From: Basidiobolus meristosporus CBS 931.73
Lineage: Eukaryota; Fungi; Basidiobolomycota
Assembly (NCBI GenBank): GCA_002104905.1
Contig: MCFE01000352.1
Coordinates: 24,318-88,317, forward strand
Direction: 5' to 3'
Length of the DNA stretch: 64,000 nt
Shown: in pieces, positions 62,298 through 64,000 of the stretch
How the letters are laid out: each line of letters starts with the position of its first letter
Position numbering within the stretch: the stretch's first letter is position 1
The notes under the pieces: model-generated
Databases searched by the model: none
Told to the model about the DNA's origin: nothing
Seen by the model: only the letters and a program-made list of their open reading frames with translations
Position numbers and translations under genes: made by a program

Positions 62298-64000
62298 TGT
62301 TGTAAAAATTCGTATTTTCCACCTAAATATTCACCTAACTTAGTCACTTAGATCATCACCTTCAAATCCTAGAGAATACTGACCAAATTCCTTGTCGGGA
62401 TTTACTTAGAATATTTTCACCAAAATACCAGGTACCCAGAACATGAAAATTCTCAAAGTTGTCCAAACAGCCCCAAACTTTGCACACATGTTCTTGGGAC
62501 CTTCCTTAACCTATTCTACGTGTTTGTAATGCCAAGACCATGTAAAAGTATAAATACCACTTTTACATTCAATAAATCATTAAGTGAAAACCACATAATC
62601 TACTTGTTCTCCAAATCACTTCCAATATCTCCAAGACTCTTACAATAGGTTATGAGCCCCGAGCTGTCACTCTCTGCAATGTCTACTACTGCTATTACTG
62701 GAATTTTTCCCTCTGCTGAAAAGTTGGATGGATCTAACTACCAAGTGTGGAAGGTGAAGATGAAGATGCTGCTGCAAGAAAGAGGCCTTTGGGATATTGT
62801 CATGGGAGAAGAATGCCCTCCTAAAAACGTGGGAGAGGAAGCCTTAAAGTACCAGAAGAAAGAACAAAGTGCCTTTAACTGCATTTGCCTTAATGTCAAG
62901 GACAAATTGCTAATTCAATGCTCAAGAGCAAAAACGGCAAAGAATGCCTGGAAGGCATTAGAAGACACCTACCAGTCATGTTCAGCTGCCAAGAAAATGT
63001 ATCTGAGAAGAAAATTCTTTACTACAAAGATGCTGCCAGGAGAAGAAATGAAAAATCTAATTAACAGAATTACCCTGCTGGTAGATGAGATGGAATCTGT
63101 GGGCGTACCAACTACTGATGAGGATGTGATAGTTACCATCCTGAATAGCCTGACAGACGAGTTTCAGGGCCTTGTATCAGCCCTAGAGTCCAGAACTGAA
63201 GATTTGACCTTAAATTACGTATATGGAAGGCTCCTGGATGAAGAATTAAGAAAATCAAGCGCCAATAAGAAGGAAGAAGAAAATGCTTTAATAAGCAATG
63301 ATAACCAACAAAGGAGGTACCCAAGACCCTACAAAGGCAACAGCAACCTATTTTGCAACTACTGCAAAAGGAAAGGACACACATCAGACCGGTGTTTCAA
63401 AAAGAGAGATTATCAGCAAAAGAAGCCTGAATATGGAAATGCTGCAACAACTGAAGATAGACTATTCATATCTGCACTAAATATGACCACAAACAAGGAT
63501 TCTCAGACGTGGTATATTGACTCTGGAGCTTCTCAACACTTTACACACCAAAAAGAACTTTTTACCCAATATCAAGAAATTCCAATTAAGAAGGTTTTCA
63601 TGGGTGACGATAGAACACTTGATGCAGTGGGAGAAGGAACTATCCAAGTAAACCTTAGAAGCAGTGAAGGAAGCCATACACTGACCTTTAAAGAGTACTC
63701 TATGTACCAGAAATAGCCAAGAACCTACTCTCTGTAAGCAAGGCCACAGCAGAAGGACTCAGTTTCAGTTTTGACAATTCTGGATGCAGGATCACTGATC
63801 AAAATGGTGCTCATATTGCTTCAGGCATCAGAGATCAGAACCTATACAAGTTGACTTATATTCCATCATATCTGGAAGCCAATATAAGTAACTTAAATGA
63901 AGAAACACCAATGCTTTGGCACAGGAGATTTGGACACATCAATTTTGATTATTTGTGCAAAATGATCAAAGATCAGCTAATTTCTGGAGTGAAAATTGAT
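62298..64000 (+). mobile_element. Copia element C: 5' LTR (62298-62647), PBS (62648-62659), gag-protease-pre-integrase, runs off window
   Basis: Gag ATG 62679, CCHC CNYCKRKGHTSDRC, WYIDSGASQHF. After a 1-nt deletion at ~63693: VLYVPEIAKNLLSVSK ... LYKL ... LWHRRFGHINF. Confidence 0.95.

Overview
Eukaryotic genomic DNA from a fungus that is very likely non-Dikarya (early-diverging). Support for this: short 50-70 nt introns, an EML gene, a DUS1 with an animal-type C-terminal Cys module, and a U12-type AT-AC intron. Zoopagomycota or Mucoromycota (e.g. Basidiobolus-like) is an inference only. The window has four parts. (1) 1-10.8 kb: CpG-depleted transposon island with three CACTA/EnSpm copies or fragments, a Gypsy solo LTR with a GAGG TSD, and several LTRs of one Copia family. 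(2) 11.3-48.4 kb: compact block of 21 host genes, including a GPI protein, taxilin, alpha-arrestin, MFSD1-like transporter, PAC-like HbYX protein, DUS1, DUF1648-like protein, PIG-L, TPR protein, TBC GAP, CYSTM, importin-13, Ecl1, gluconokinase, MIR1, a C2-EML fusion, a GPCR, LURP-one and a GH16 Crh. (3) 50.7-55.4 kb: a PDR ABC transporter that reads like Aspergillus Cdr1B/AbcG1, sitting between host transposon remnants. (4) 57.3-64 kb: nested Copia / putative CACTA / Gypsy / Copia island. The strongest signals are the candidate fungus-to-fungus transfer of a multidrug pump, the AT-AC minor-spliceosome intron in importin-13, and a C2 domain with Ca2+-type Asp ligands fused to an EML TAPE domain. 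All family assignments come from motif recognition, not database searches.
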